Made by a program: the position numbers and the translations under genes. A stretch of 61,899 nucleotides of DNA, the filler included, from Globobulimina sp. (lineage: Eukaryota), in assembly GCA_003354225.1 (NCBI GenBank). It is 23 parts of 23 records of this genome, joined end to end, with 100 filler letters (N's around TTAATTAATTAA, not from the genome) between each part and the next. Parts side by side here need not be neighbours in the genome. Positions count along the whole stretch, not along the records: positions 35,058 to 37,652 come from PIVH01005820.1; positions 37,753 to 40,347 come from PIVH01005821.1; positions 40,448 to 43,042 come from PIVH01005822.1; positions 43,143 to 45,737 come from PIVH01005823.1; positions 45,838 to 48,432 come from PIVH01005824.1; 18 more parts are not named here. One strand, given 5' to 3'. Below the pieces are notes generated by a model. The model ran no database searches and was not told where the DNA came from. It was given only the letters and a program-made list of their open reading frames with translations. Of the stretch, positions 35,792 through 47,834 are shown piece by piece (position 1 is the first letter of the stretch; every line of letters begins with the position of its first letter).

Positions 35792-37480
35792 TTATTGAGA
35801 TTTTGCAGGAAAATAAAACCAGTTTGCTTGCTTAACGCCATCATTGACAGCATTAACAAACAATACACATTGTTTAACAATATTCAATTTATTCATTTTA
35901 TTCTCTTTATATTTTTCTAATTTATCACCTCTCCTATCCATCAAATAAAACCATGGCTTTCCATTTTTAAACATTGCTCCTCTTTTCTTGTCTTGCTCCA
36001 AGCTAATAAGCATAGATTCCTTTGTAACAAAATCATAATCATATAAAGTGCCATGTACATGACCAAACTGATGGACTTTCAATTCCTTCAAACTATTTAA
36101 TACCAATCTCAATTGCGAACATCCAGAATGACTTTCTGCTCTATCAAGTATTCCTTGTGGTGGACAATGCGTAATTAAATAATCCACATCTTTTGGTATC
36201 TTTTCCCATTTTTTCAGAATAAAAGCTGGTTCCAAATACAGTCCATAATTTTCATCCGTATGGTTACACCACGAACTACCATAAAACTTTATATTTTCAA
36301 TAATAATCTCTTCATCATTCAACAACGTACAATTTGTCATCACCTTCCTCAATTTTTCAACCTGTTCATCATACAAACCATGCAATTCTGACACAATTTC
36401 TTTATCACGAATCAACTTCTTATTTTCATGTAGAATTTTCAAATACTTTTCATTCAAAACAATATCACCAAAACCTTCATGATTCCCATTGATTAGCAAT
36501 ATATATTTGTACTTCTTTTTAGCTTTAATTCTGCCAAACCATTCATTCACTTCTTTAGCTTCCTCAATAGTTCCACAATTTGTATAATCCCCGGATAATA
36601 TCAGAATATCTCCTGTTGGCAGACTCAACTTTGTATGTTTCATATGAGTGTCACTGATCGCTACAATTCTAACAAGTTTGTAACGTTCATTTGCTTTCTG
36701 TTCTGCAGTATTTTTATTAAAATATTTCCCATACTTTATGTGTATGCCCTTTTCTTTGGGTTTACGTGCTTTTATAGCGGACAACAAATTTGTTTGCTGC
36801 ATCGGAAATGATTTCTTTTTCTGTTCCATTGATGCATTGCTATCTGAATAATTTTGTAACTTAATGGCAATGTCAATAATATCAGATTTAGATAACTGCT
36901 GCAAATATTGTTTTGTGTATGGTATTATTTCATCATTTGTTAGCTTTGGATGGTTTGCAGGAATGGCTTTGTTCATTGGCTCCATTTTAAGTTTCTCAAA
37001 ATTAATTTGAGGTATTTCCAATTCAAACGTGTGCCAACCAGCAGTCCCTTTTGCTAATGTTTGAGTGTCTGTTTTATAAAACATTTTCCTTGATATATTT
37101 GTATAGCCTGTTTCAAATAATATGTTTCTACCAATTTCCTGAATTATTTGTTCATTATTTGGAGGGCCACAATAAAAGATTATAATGCCGACACCTGAGG
37201 AGTGGTGTTGATGCATTGTGGACACTTTCATGTTTGATACACCTTTTAATTTGCCATTGCGATATAAGTGTTGACATTTCCTCCAATGTGGCCATATTTC
37301 AGTATGATTATAAAATTGCATCCATTTGCCACCTGATGGCAGTTCGGCAAAACGTTGTGGATCCAACTCGCAAACCCATGGTGTGTTTGTGAGAGTGGTT
37401 GGATTGCGATCATCTGCTTCTTTTGCCACGCCTTTTGTACGTAGATCGGCGCGTTGTTTAATGGCTGCTAAAAAAGCCAT
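35792..37480 (-). CDS. Fusion of a Bles03/DUF1917 (eIF4E-like fold) domain and an MPPED/239FB-type calcineurin-like metallophosphoesterase
   Basis: GGKWMQFY...KVST...IIIFYCGP...MFYKTDTQT, then IVAISDTH, GDILILSGD, INGNHE, LITHCPP and HQFGHVH. Confidence 0.8.
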   Translation of the reverse strand: MAFLAAIKQRADLRTKGVAKEADDRNPTTLTNTPWVCELDPQRFAELPSGGKWMQFYNHTEIWPHWRKCQHLYRNGKLKGVSNMKVSTMHQHHSSGVGIIIFYCGPPNNEQIIQEIGRNILFETGYTNISRKMFYKTDTQTLAKGTAGWHTFELEIPQINFEKLKMEPMNKAIPANHPKLTNDEIIPYTKQYLQQLSKSDIIDIAIKLQNYSDSNASMEQKKKSFPMQQTNLLSAIKARKPKEKGIHIKYGKYFNKNTAEQKANERYKLVRIVAISDTHMKHTKLSLPTGDILILSGDYTNCGTIEEAKEVNEWFGRIKAKKKYKYILLINGNHEGFGDIVLNEKYLKILHENKKLIRDKEIVSELHGLYDEQVEKLRKVMTNCTLLNDEEIIIENIKFYGSSWCNHTDENYGLYLEPAFILKKWEKIPKDVDYLITHCPPQGILDRAESHSGCSQLRLVLNSLKELKVHQFGHVHGTLYDYDFVTKESMLISLEQDKKRGAMFKNGKPWFYLMDRRGDKLEKYKENKMNKLNIVKQCVLFVNAVNDGVKQANWFYFPAKSQ

Positions 37481-37752
37481 GAAAAGAGTTTAGCGCATAG
37501 AATATAAACAGGCAGTGTTTCAAAAACGAAATATTTTGGAAGGAAAATAGGTTAATAATAAAATGTTAATGGTTCCCGATGAAACACAACCTTTAAGAAT
37601 TCAATTTTGACTTTCAATGTTTTTATTTTGAATAATCTGTAAAAAACTGTAANNNNNNNNNNNNNNNNNNNNNNNNNNNNNNNNNNNNNNNNNNNNTTAA
37701 TTAATTAANNNNNNNNNNNNNNNNNNNNNNNNNNNNNNNNNNNNNNNNNNNN

Positions 37753-39397
37753 AGGAAAAATAGAAAATACCGTGGCGGAAGCAAAAGATCCATCTGATAA
37801 ATCGGATCGATCTGAGCAAGACGAAAAGGCTCAAGAACCAGAACCCGCTGCGGCTGTTACACCTGTACCGGATCCACCGGTCTACGTTAATGGCGGTCCA
37901 GGTATCACACCACAGCCATATGCATACAATCCATCCATACATATATGTAAATGTACACATCTATATATAGCTGAGCAAGAAATACAAGATAAAACCGTAC
38001 AAAGTGTAGACGATGCCCTTTCTGACAACGCCTACATATATGATGTTGATGAGGATGTTGACGTTGTTGTTGTTGATGTTGTTGAGGTTGCGAAAGAGGA
38101 TGAGACTGTATATGTGGATAGAGATTATTTAGCATTATATCAAGAAGCTGTTTTTTTAAATGATATTTGCAGGGAAGAATTTAGCTCATTTAAGTCGTTG
38201 ATAGTTTCACATTTAAGTAGCATTCGTCAAGAATATGTCCGTGAAAATGCAAAAACGCACGAATTGCATCAAGAGGAACGCCAACAATTAAGTGAAGAGC
38301 ATGTGCGCGAAATAAATATATCAAAGATGGAAAGGAAGACCTTATTAAACAACAAAGATAAAGTGATCAAACAGAGAGAAAATGAAAGCAAAGCCTTGAA
38401 AACAAAACAGAATGAGATGCGGTCAGAGATTATCAGAATGAAACAGTTAATGGAGAAAAACAAACGAGACTCACACAGCGAGAAACAACAAATTATAGAA
38501 ATAAATAACAAATTAAAAAAGGATAATAAAGTGTTGGCGGATAAATTGACGCAAGAGGTTTGTATGAAATTTCTTATTTTTTCAAACTCATAAAAGCATT
38601 TAAATAAATAAATAAATAGAAAAAGAATGTATTATTGGAGAGGGCAGATAAGTTGGCAGTGTCTGATAAGAATCAGGAGTTTTTGCGAAAAGAAAAGGCA
38701 AAAATATCGTTGCAATTAGATAAACAACAAAATATATGTCATAGTTTAGAGACAGAATTGAGTCAAAAAAATGACAGTTGTCGCGAGAAACAATTATCGA
38801 TCAATCAGTATATTAATAAATTAAAAGCATCAAAACAGTCCCATTCGCAGCAAGAGAATATTGCCAATAAAGCCATTCGAGAGAGAGACGCTGCGATTAA
38901 GAATCTTCAGAGTAAAGGAATACAATTTAAAAATCAACAACATATATTTAACCAAACTCAAATTGAAATCGAAACCATACGGAAACAGTCTACAAACCAA
39001 CTCGTTAAATATATTTATATTCATTTTGTGTACGCAAATTCGCATTAAATATTGGCTTTTTTTTTGATAGAATGAGATTAAAGTTTTGCATGAATCGATG
39101 CGAAGGAAAGCAGAGAAAGAGAGACAATTTGATGATATGAGGAAGAAATTAGCAAATAAAGAGAAAAAATTAGAGCAACGAGAAAAAGAACTAAAGGGAA
39201 AATCGAAGAAAAATAACAAAAAAAAGAATCCGGACAGTTCATCATCATCGCCTTCAAAAACAAATAGAAATAGAAAATCAAACACAATGTTTTTATCAAA
39301 TGATCCCTTAAATCAGTATAGAAATATATTGCCATTTCATTGGATTTCAATATTTTTAGTTGCTATTTTAATGATTGCTATCGCACAGAGAAAATAA
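37753..39397 (+). CDS. Coiled-coil protein with a C-terminal TM anchor (golgin-like), multi-exon, 5'-partial
   Basis: E/K/Q-rich heptad ORFs 37772-38593, 38635-39048 and 39086-39397; C-terminal WISIFLVAILMIAIAQRK. Confidence 0.65.
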
Positions 39398-39653
39398 CAT
39401 ATTTTTATAGTATATTTATCATAGATAGACACACTTCAGTTTTTTTTTTGTTTTTTTTTCCCAATCTTTTTCTATAATTTTTATTTCATTTTAGCCCTTC
39501 TACTTATTAGTTAGTGGAATTCTCCGTGTTAATCCGAAGTGGAATTGTTCGGAGTTTTCTTTGATTTTAGATGTGGACAAAATGAAAACTAACTTCTGTG
39601 AAATAAAAATTGATTTTAATAATTAATTTCAAATAACAAGATGGTGGCAATTG

Positions 39654-40347
39654 TTATGAATGCTGGTGTTGTTGTTTCGGAGACATAATACTGTGTTTTT
39701 TTGGAATAATAACAGTATTTCGATACCAAAACCACCAAACTATGAAACATATATCAATGAAAAGATCAGCAATAATTACAAAATATTTGCCTTCAACGTC
39801 ATTACACCACATAAATAATATTATCGTGGCCTGTTGTAAGATATTGGTAAAAATGAGTAGCCGCGCAGGGAAATATGGATTGACATCGGATAGTCGAAAA
39901 TTTAAAGCCAATAATGATGAATATACCCATTTATTAATTAATAATACAAACGCAATGATTGGGATAACAAAAGGCAATGAACAACCAAATATAACCACAA
40001 TCTGTACATGATTCCATATTTCAGCATATTCCACATTTATAACTGAGCCTATTTTTCTTATACCGGACAGGTATTCTTTTTTTAATGTATTATGGTATCT
40101 ATATACAGAATATAACCAAAACCCAATCATACACACAATATATCCAAACAATGAAAATACAATAATTGTCCCCCATTCTTCCAAGACTGAGCGAAAACAT
40201 TTGCCATAATCCACACCATATTGTGCATTAAAAAAACCATACGAACATATTGAGTCTTTTATTGATATCATTTGACTTCCAATAAAAAATTCAAATTCAT
40301 CATTGTTGTCTGCATCACACTTTTTCGAATAAAAATTGCCCTATCGA
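39654..40347 (-). CDS. Multi-pass membrane protein C-terminus (TMC/OSCA/anoctamin-like pattern), 5'-partial
   Basis: EYAEIWNHVQIVVIFGCSLPFVIPIIAFVLLINKWVY and several TM helices. Confidence 0.5.
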
Positions 40348-40861
40348 NNNNNNNNNNNNNNNNNNNNNNNNNNNNNNNNNNNNNNNNNNNNTTAATTAAT
40401 TAANNNNNNNNNNNNNNNNNNNNNNNNNNNNNNNNNNNNNNNNNNNNACTGAATAGTCAGTTATCACGAGATATCGACAAAATAAATAATAATTTCAATT
40501 CAAAATATTAAAAATCCAAAAAAAAACACAAAATCACAAAAAAATAAACTAAAACTACATGCAAAAGCAGCAACATAAATAAAAAACATAAGGAGTACAA
40601 TACGAAAACAACAGTATAAAAAGATAGCTATATATATTCATTCAATCAATAAAAATGACTAAGACAATCCAGTAAAAACTTTAGTCAGTCAGCAACATTT
40701 TTACATCATGACAAACGAGACGTGGATTATGGTTAATATGGTGCGGATGCGAGTGATCAGACGCAAATTACGAACACAATAAGTTATAGTTAAGTTTTGT
40801 AATCTGCGAAAAAACAATAAAACAATCTGCGAAAAAAACATAAAAAATGAAATCTCAATCT

Positions 40862-41045
40862 TAATGGAAATGTTAACGATGTACTTGCTTGTACTCATCG
40901 AAAAAACATAAAGGAAATTGTAATGGAAATGTTGATGATGTACTTGCTTGTACTCATCGAAAAAACATAAAGGAAATTGTAATGGAAATGTTGATGATGT
41001 ACTTTTTGGGGTCGAGTACATGAGTACATGGATGTACTCATGTAC
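40862..41045. repeat. About 2.4 copies of a 59-bp tandem repeat followed by a perfect 14-bp-arm palindrome
   Basis: Units start at 40862, 40921 and 40980; GTACATGAGTACAT-GG-ATGTACTCATGTAC lies at 41016-41045. Confidence 0.9.
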
Positions 41046-41509
41046 GCTTGTACCCCTTTATACTCCTTTGTACTCCTTTATACTCTATATGATATTAAAT
41101 AATGAGTTTTGAAAGCACCCATTTTTATATTTTCGTACGTTAGTTAGCACGTTGTCACCGTCAGATTATATATTGCTGTTTCTGAGAAACGAAAGCAAAC
41201 CTATATACTTTTTACCATTAATTGCCAGTCACCAGAAACAGTTGCTTCTGACAACTCTTATCGCAAAAGTTCGGCTTTTAAAAGTAATCATAATACTTAT
41301 CCACAACATTTATCTCTAATTGCAACAGCAGAAGCTGAGAGATTGCTTCATACAAAATCAGTATTGTATTTAAAGTGTTGCAATATCAAACAAATTAATT
41401 ATGGGACAAAGTTCATTAATATTTGAAGAAGTCATATTCATTTTTGTTTGTAAAAATATATTCTTTGCATTGTATGACATATCAATAAGTTAAAATTACT
41501 GCCGGCTGA

Positions 41510-42880
41510 TCACACAAATGTCGGATTGACTGATCCATAATTGCTTGGTTTTGCCGTTGTGCTACTGATAATATTATCCTTTCTATTTGACTTTGCTTTT
41601 TTATGTAAAGGTCCATCTCTCATTATATCTATGCAGTGGACACTTAACGCGATTAACAAACCAAATATTACACAACAAAGTAGCATGAATACGGACCAAT
41701 GAAACGAATAGGTCTCATCCGCAATAATCCCAAACAAATAGGACTGCATCATACTTCCAGCCATGCATCCAATGGAGTTGACAGTATTTACCATAGAACT
41801 CAATTCCAACGGACAAACCATAAACAAACAAGTAAAACAAACGCCAAAATAATATTGCAATCCAACCACATAAAACAGCATCATAAGCCACGCAGTCACT
41901 TCTGAGGACATATCCCATTGCTCATTATAAAAAAATAATATTCCATATGCAAATGTGATACATATAAATGAAATGACAAAGAAGTGTGACAAGTATCCGT
42001 ACTTCGAGATGAGCCAACCCCATAACTGCCCAAATGTCAGTGCATAAATGGAATTAAACGATAATAAAACATCAATGGACCATTCGTTGACATGGAATTC
42101 CTGCATCAATGGGACTGTCAACAATGTGCCAAATGTCTCAGACGAAGACCAACCAATAATTATTGCAATGAGTATTAACCAAACCATCAATCCAAAGTCT
42201 TTAATGTTTGCGAAGTGGTTATCCAGTTTAGATGAGGCAGACTCTGCAGCTATTTCACCATCTGCATTGTCGCAAAATTGCTTTTCAATGTACATCATCA
42301 CCGTGCAACAAATAATGGATACAACGCCAAAGGCGACACCCAAAGTAAATGGAAGCCATAATTGATGATTTAAATGGTATAAAGGTATCATGCAATAATA
42401 TCCGGTGACGACACCAATATAAAATGTAGTGTTTACTGTGTTTATTGCAAAAGTCAGCCATTTGTTGCTGTTAAACCAAATATTGATGACTGTGTATATG
42501 ACTACATTGTGAATACCATAGCAAAGTCCCAGGAACATTCTGCCAGTGTACATTACCAATAAATTGCTGGACATAATGCCAATAATAAATATTGATTGTC
42601 CAAAGGTGCATAAAATGCAAGATAATAACATTGCATTATATACATTGATTTTGTGTATAATGTATGGACTGGCTAAAGATCCGCATATTGCGAATGCAAA
42701 AATGACAGTTGTAAATAAAGAAAACTCAGCGTTAGACAGGTTGAATAGTTGCAACATATCATCTTCTAATGGTGCTATGCACAGAATGCAATGATAGGAA
42801 GCAGTCCATAATGTAGTTATTGGTGTCAGAATAAACCATTTCTCGATACTGTCGCTACGACTGCGGGAGTTGCTCCTCAT
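41510..42880 (-). CDS. Major facilitator superfamily transporter (MFSD1-like)
   Basis: 456 aa with about 12 TM helices in 6+6 arrangement; GRMFLGLCYG...INIWF, WGWLISKYG. Confidence 0.85.
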   Translation of the reverse strand: MRSNSRSRSDSIEKWFILTPITTLWTASYHCILCIAPLEDDMLQLFNLSNAEFSLFTTVIFAFAICGSLASPYIIHKINVYNAMLLSCILCTFGQSIFIIGIMSSNLLVMYTGRMFLGLCYGIHNVVIYTVINIWFNSNKWLTFAINTVNTTFYIGVVTGYYCMIPLYHLNHQLWLPFTLGVAFGVVSIICCTVMMYIEKQFCDNADGEIAAESASSKLDNHFANIKDFGLMVWLILIAIIIGWSSSETFGTLLTVPLMQEFHVNEWSIDVLLSFNSIYALTFGQLWGWLISKYGYLSHFFVISFICITFAYGILFFYNEQWDMSSEVTAWLMMLFYVVGLQYYFGVCFTCLFMVCPLELSSMVNTVNSIGCMAGSMMQSYLFGIIADETYSFHWSVFMLLCCVIFGLLIALSVHCIDIMRDGPLHKKAKSNRKDNIISSTTAKPSNYGSVNPTFV

Positions 42881-43142
42881 TCTGTTGCCACTATACTTGC
42901 TGAAAAATCAAAAAACTTTTAATTTTGCAGTGTGAAAATGTTAATATCACAAGACAAAGTTGTTTGCTCTTAAAGTTTAGCTTGTAAGTTGTCACAGTTT
43001 TGTATAACTAGAGCACTCGCACCACCTCCACCATTGCATATTNNNNNNNNNNNNNNNNNNNNNNNNNNNNNNNNNNNNNNNNNNNNTTAATTAATTAANN
43101 NNNNNNNNNNNNNNNNNNNNNNNNNNNNNNNNNNNNNNNNNN

Positions 43143-43381
43143 GCAGCTAATAATGTTGAGCCTAGTGATAAAACAAACGATGTTGTTATTAACAAACCAA
43201 AAACATCGCCTCGTTTCGCAAGGCCCGCATTTTCGTTTCCAAAATTAATTTCCGAATTACTGACAACATATGCAAAGCCACTCGTTAATCCAGATATATT
43301 TGCAATTAACATCCAATAATCTTTCAATCGCTTATGTAATTCTTGTGGTTCAATTATGCTGCTCAAGCGCAACCATGTATG
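43143..43381 (-). CDS. Membrane protein fragment (PGG-like), 3'-partial
   Basis: LKDYWMLIANISGLTSGFAY...FGLLITTSFVLSLGSTLLA. Confidence 0.35.
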
Positions 43382-43773
43382 AGTGTAATTGTGCACAGTT
43401 CCTCCTTTAATTGCAACGATACACAATCAGTCAGTTCACCAAACTAAAACAAAGATTAGCACACTTACCTTGCACCTACATGATATAAAAAAACTGTTTA
43501 TTTAAGGTCAACTATGACTAGCTCACTTCAAAAAAATCTTAATATCAGTCAACGTAAACTTTTTTGTTTACAATCTGTCCCCGAAAATAGTAACAACACT
43601 GACAGGTCAGGTCAGAAACAGATTCGTTTTTATATATCCAAAAACGAATCAGTTTGGACATAATATCGAAAACTGGTTTGTCGAATCGATTCCGTCTTGT
43701 TAACGCTGCGGAGAAAATATAAGCTAAAACAAAATAAAATTATATATAGTAATAGTATAAGTATATAAGTTAT

Positions 43774-44658
43774 TTATTGAATGGTTTTGACAGTAAGCTT
43801 CTTGAAACCAAACACTTCCTTCAACATATACTCCCGACAACCATCAAACGTACCAATCGAGCCGCCACCAACCGCAGCCTGCACCACTTTGTTTGGGAGC
43901 CATCCTTTGATATCAGTTTGGATCACATACCGGCATTTACACCACGTTAACGCTTCTTTTTTGTCACCAGCCATCACCTCCAACTCAGGAACACCATATT
44001 CGTCCTTTAACTCCTTGCCATCGATAACTGTGATCCTTTGCCCATACAACGTATTCCAAGCATCCACAAATCCTTTCTTCGATGGAAAATCTTTATATTT
44101 CGTAGACTGCGCAGCTAATTCCAAGCCCTCATTCGCTAATTTCCAGCGCTGTACCAACGTCGTAAACTGTCGCGGAGACACCAAACCGCCCACCATTGGC
44201 ACTGTCTGATAATTCACCACGCGAAGGGCGGTGCTGTTGTCTTTTTCGTGCCATAATTCCATCTTATTATGAGAGGAAATTTGTGAATCCCATTTTAAGC
44301 GATATTCAGAATCGCCCCAAAACTTCAAAAATGTCTCCGGTTTGCCAGGCATAATTGTCGTCAAATACCACACTGTCGGCTCGTGTTTGAAACATTTTGC
44401 AAATGTTACACGAGTTTCGATTCGAAATTTGGTGTCTTTATCAATCACGAACTCTAAAATGGCGGTTTTATTCAATTTAAATTTGAATTCGTCCATTTTC
44501 TCTAAAATTGTTTGGAAACGGGTTCGTCGTTCGGCTGTGATGTCGAAATATTCTTGTTTGGGTTTGTCTTTTTGCTCATCTTTTTCATCCTGTTTAGCAT
44601 CATCATTGGACGGTGCGTTTTTAATTTGTTTTTCTTCTTCCTTTGCTACCTCTGCCAT
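43774..44658 (-). CDS. START (StAR-related lipid transfer) domain protein
   Basis: EYRLKWD, GGLVSPRQF, KKGFVDAWN, YVIQTDIKGWLPNKVV. Confidence 0.88.
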   Translation of the reverse strand: MAEVAKEEEKQIKNAPSNDDAKQDEKDEQKDKPKQEYFDITAERRTRFQTILEKMDEFKFKLNKTAILEFVIDKDTKFRIETRVTFAKCFKHEPTVWYLTTIMPGKPETFLKFWGDSEYRLKWDSQISSHNKMELWHEKDNSTALRVVNYQTVPMVGGLVSPRQFTTLVQRWKLANEGLELAAQSTKYKDFPSKKGFVDAWNTLYGQRITVIDGKELKDEYGVPELEVMAGDKKEALTWCKCRYVIQTDIKGWLPNKVVQAAVGGGSIGTFDGCREYMLKEVFGFKKLTVKTIQ

Positions 44659-44756
44659 GATGGTTTTGTAAGGGGTGAATGGTAAATGAATTAAGTGTAA
44701 GATTTTGGTGAAGTCTAGAACTTTTTTGTCTTTTTTCTAGAATACTGTCCAAAAAC

Positions 44757-45612
44757 ATGTCCGAACAGTGGAATAATTTCGAGTTTAGACCAATCACCCA
44801 ACAGTTGATTGGTAAAGTGCAGCAATTTCATGTTTGTAGTTGCGATCTATGTGGGACATTATTTTTAATTACATAATATATATATATATATAGTATGATT
44901 TATTTGGTGAAAACAATGAAGCATTCTTCGGTCTATCATTTTTACGTCGTTTAGTGGAATGTACATCGTTTAGAAGTTTAATATTGTTTGAAAAAAATAA
45001 GCCACACATTGTTGCAATATCTTGCTTTCAAACATTTGGGTTGTGTTAAGAGTTTATATTTAAATTATTTTAAACTGGTTGCAAAAATCATTGTCATTGT
45101 CATTGTCATTGAACGCTGTTCATGATTTTTGCGATGCGACCCAATGTCACCCAAACTGTGCCAGTGCGAATACAAAATACAAATGATTTTAACAAATGAT
45201 TTTAACAAACTAGTTTAAGCAATAATTATTTATACGCAGATATATTTATTCATTTGGTGTTGATTCCCGATACAGACGTTTAGGAATAGGCCGATTTATA
45301 TTGAAATGTACCATCGAATGTATGATTGACATGGAATGTGTCCAGGCCTCTTTGAATGTGAATACTGGCAATGAGGCTGCCATTAAATTGTATAAATCCA
45401 ACGGATTTAGTATTTCTGGGATGGTTTTAGAAGGATTTTACGATGAGCACGATTCAATGGGCGCTGATGCATATTCCATGCAAATGCTATTACCATTAAA
45501 AACATGTACACCTTACAATTATCACAAAAAACAAGCCTGGAGAACATTCACTGCAAATGAATGGAATTTAGTTCATCGAATCAATGGATTGTTAACAGTC
45601 ATAAAGCCGTAA
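44757..45612 (+). CDS. GNAT N-acetyltransferase (NAA50/NAA60-like); three exons at about 44757-44831, 44894-45039 and 45240-45612
   Basis: Spliced GYIYSFGVDSRYRRLGIGRFIL acetyl-CoA motif; LNVNTGNEAAIKLYKSNGF; FY...DAYSM. Confidence 0.8.
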
Positions 45613-46406
45613 TTTATTTAGTTTATTACTTTTTGTTGTTTCTCTCGTTAACTTGCACAATAATACTAATGTACCAAACTAGTCAATTTGAGTTATATCT
45701 GTATACAATTCCTAATATTATAAACAAGCAAATTACANNNNNNNNNNNNNNNNNNNNNNNNNNNNNNNNNNNNNNNNNNNNTTAATTAATTAANNNNNNN
45801 NNNNNNNNNNNNNNNNNNNNNNNNNNNNNNNNNNNNNGACTGCAGACACAACTATTGACCAAATTTCATTGCATGCAAAAGAAAAGAATATTACAATAGG
45901 CATTTTAATGTATACAAAATGCAATTCAAAAGATATTGTATTCTCCCATAAACTGAGTTAAGTATAAATGATTTGATAAGTACACGATCTCAATTTTCAT
46001 TTGAATTGCATTTTTTGCATGGTTTCTATTTTCCTCTGAATCAAACTCCCAATCATATATAAGAAGATTCCCATTCATATTTTTCAGCGTCATATTTTCA
46101 TATTTTTATTGGGGTAAAGCCATATTTTTCTTCAGACACAACTATTGAACTAATTTATTGTGGTTAGCAATCAACTCCAAAAGTTGTGAAGTGAAGTCCG
46201 ATCACCACAATGAAAATTATCTCAATAGTTTTGACTGCAGTGAAAGTAGAAGCAAGTGGTGCTGGATTTGCAAACCAAGACTAAGTTATAACTTATAACA
46301 AACTCAACACAAAGCTATAGCAAACAGTTTCTTTCTGTATATAAAAGTATGACTGAACCAAATGGATACAACTGCAGACACAACTATTGACCAAATGTCA
46401 ATGTAT

Positions 46407-46938
46407 TCAAAATTTTTTATTTGGAAAAGGAAGTTTTATTTGATTCGGTTGTAATATTTTTTGAAATTCACTCAAATCCTTGACAATTTTACCAATGTAG
46501 GATTCTAAACTCTCACTATTTGATTTTAACAATGCAACTTTTTCATCCTGAAACATAACCATTTGTTCCTCACATTTTCTCATTGTTTGCAAATTTTTTA
46601 GGCATAACTCATCCTTTGCTGTCCAAAGCATATTGTTCTGATTAACTGAGGTCGACGGCATGCTATCATTGCAATAAAAAACAAACACAAACTCCTAAAA
46701 TACGCAGGAATACAGTGCAAGGATGCAATTGCAAAAAACAAACAAATTAAACATACATTGATTGATTCTCAAACGCTTTAAATGCATTATGTGACATTTT
46801 CAAGTTCTCTTCCATTTTTTTATTTAATTCCTGATAGGAATTGCATAATCTTATCATATCGTTGGGTAATTCTTTCATTAGCTTGACATTCTCATTTAAA
46901 TACAATTCCTTTGGCTTTATAGTATTTGCCTCTGCCAT
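46407..46938 (-). CDS. ING N-terminal domain-like coiled-coil protein, two exons, no PHD finger visible
   Basis: YLNENVKLMKELPNDMIR..ELNKK and QDEKVALL...LESYIGKIVKDLSEF resemble the ING N-terminus (LP.el.R..ELD; DEKV.LA...VD.HIRRLD.DL..F). Confidence 0.5.
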
Positions 46939-47070
46939 GATCAAAATATCTAAACTGTTTTCTCAATTTTTTGCTGATTTGCATTCACATCATACGAACA
47001 CTTGCCATTTGAAAATAGAAATTATATTTTCTTCATATTCAGTATTTACATAACATATATTTTCTAAACT

Positions 47071-47619
47071 ATGATCATGTCATCAGAGGAGCACGATAAT
47101 GATTCATATAATGTTGATGGTGATTTTGCAGATGACGACTCAGTGAATTCCCGATCATTAACATTGGAAAATCCATATGATATTTACCATAGACATAGAC
47201 ACTTGGGAGATAAAAAAGGAGAGGCAATAAAAAAATGGAAAAAAAAAGTAATAATATTTTCAGCAATTTTAATGTTGACCAGTTCGATATTGATATATAG
47301 CCAAATATGGTATGCCAATGTTATTGGAGTCGCGGCGTCCGCCTTAGGAATATATGGAGCACTAAAGGAAAATTCTGAATTTTTGTTTGTTTATTTAGTG
47401 CTATTATTTTTAGAATTACTTAAAAATGTTGGTGTATTTGCTTATTTTGTACAGGAAAGGGATGTTAAGCCTATTATGATTGCTCTGAGTTTCATTGGTT
47501 GCATCGCCGAAGAGATTGTTGTTGTTCCTGCAAACATATTCTATGCATTTAAACTGTACAGAACACTAAAAATATCGGGAGATGCTGATCTTGATAAAAC
47601 ATTGTCAAATTATCAATGA
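47071..47619 (+). CDS. Small four-TM membrane protein
   Basis: 182-aa ORF with four hydrophobic helices; LGIYGALKEN motif. Confidence 0.65.
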   Translation: MIMSSEEHDNDSYNVDGDFADDDSVNSRSLTLENPYDIYHRHRHLGDKKGEAIKKWKKKVIIFSAILMLTSSILIYSQIWYANVIGVAASALGIYGALKENSEFLFVYLVLLFLELLKNVGVFAYFVQERDVKPIMIALSFIGCIAEEIVVVPANIFYAFKLYRTLKISGDADLDKTLSNYQ

Positions 47620-47834
47620 TTAATGAAATTTAAATATTCATGCAATTAAACACATTGTTTGCATTACGTAATTGTTTATCAATCTTGTTTGATGCTCTTG
47701 ATTGATACTAATCCTTCATACTAATCCTTCGTGTTTTTGTGCAAGGAGGTCATTTTCAAACAGATAGCCGACGGGTTTTCGAATATATCTAATATATCGT
47801 TCAACTTTTTTGCGTCAAAATCCTTGCATGCTTG

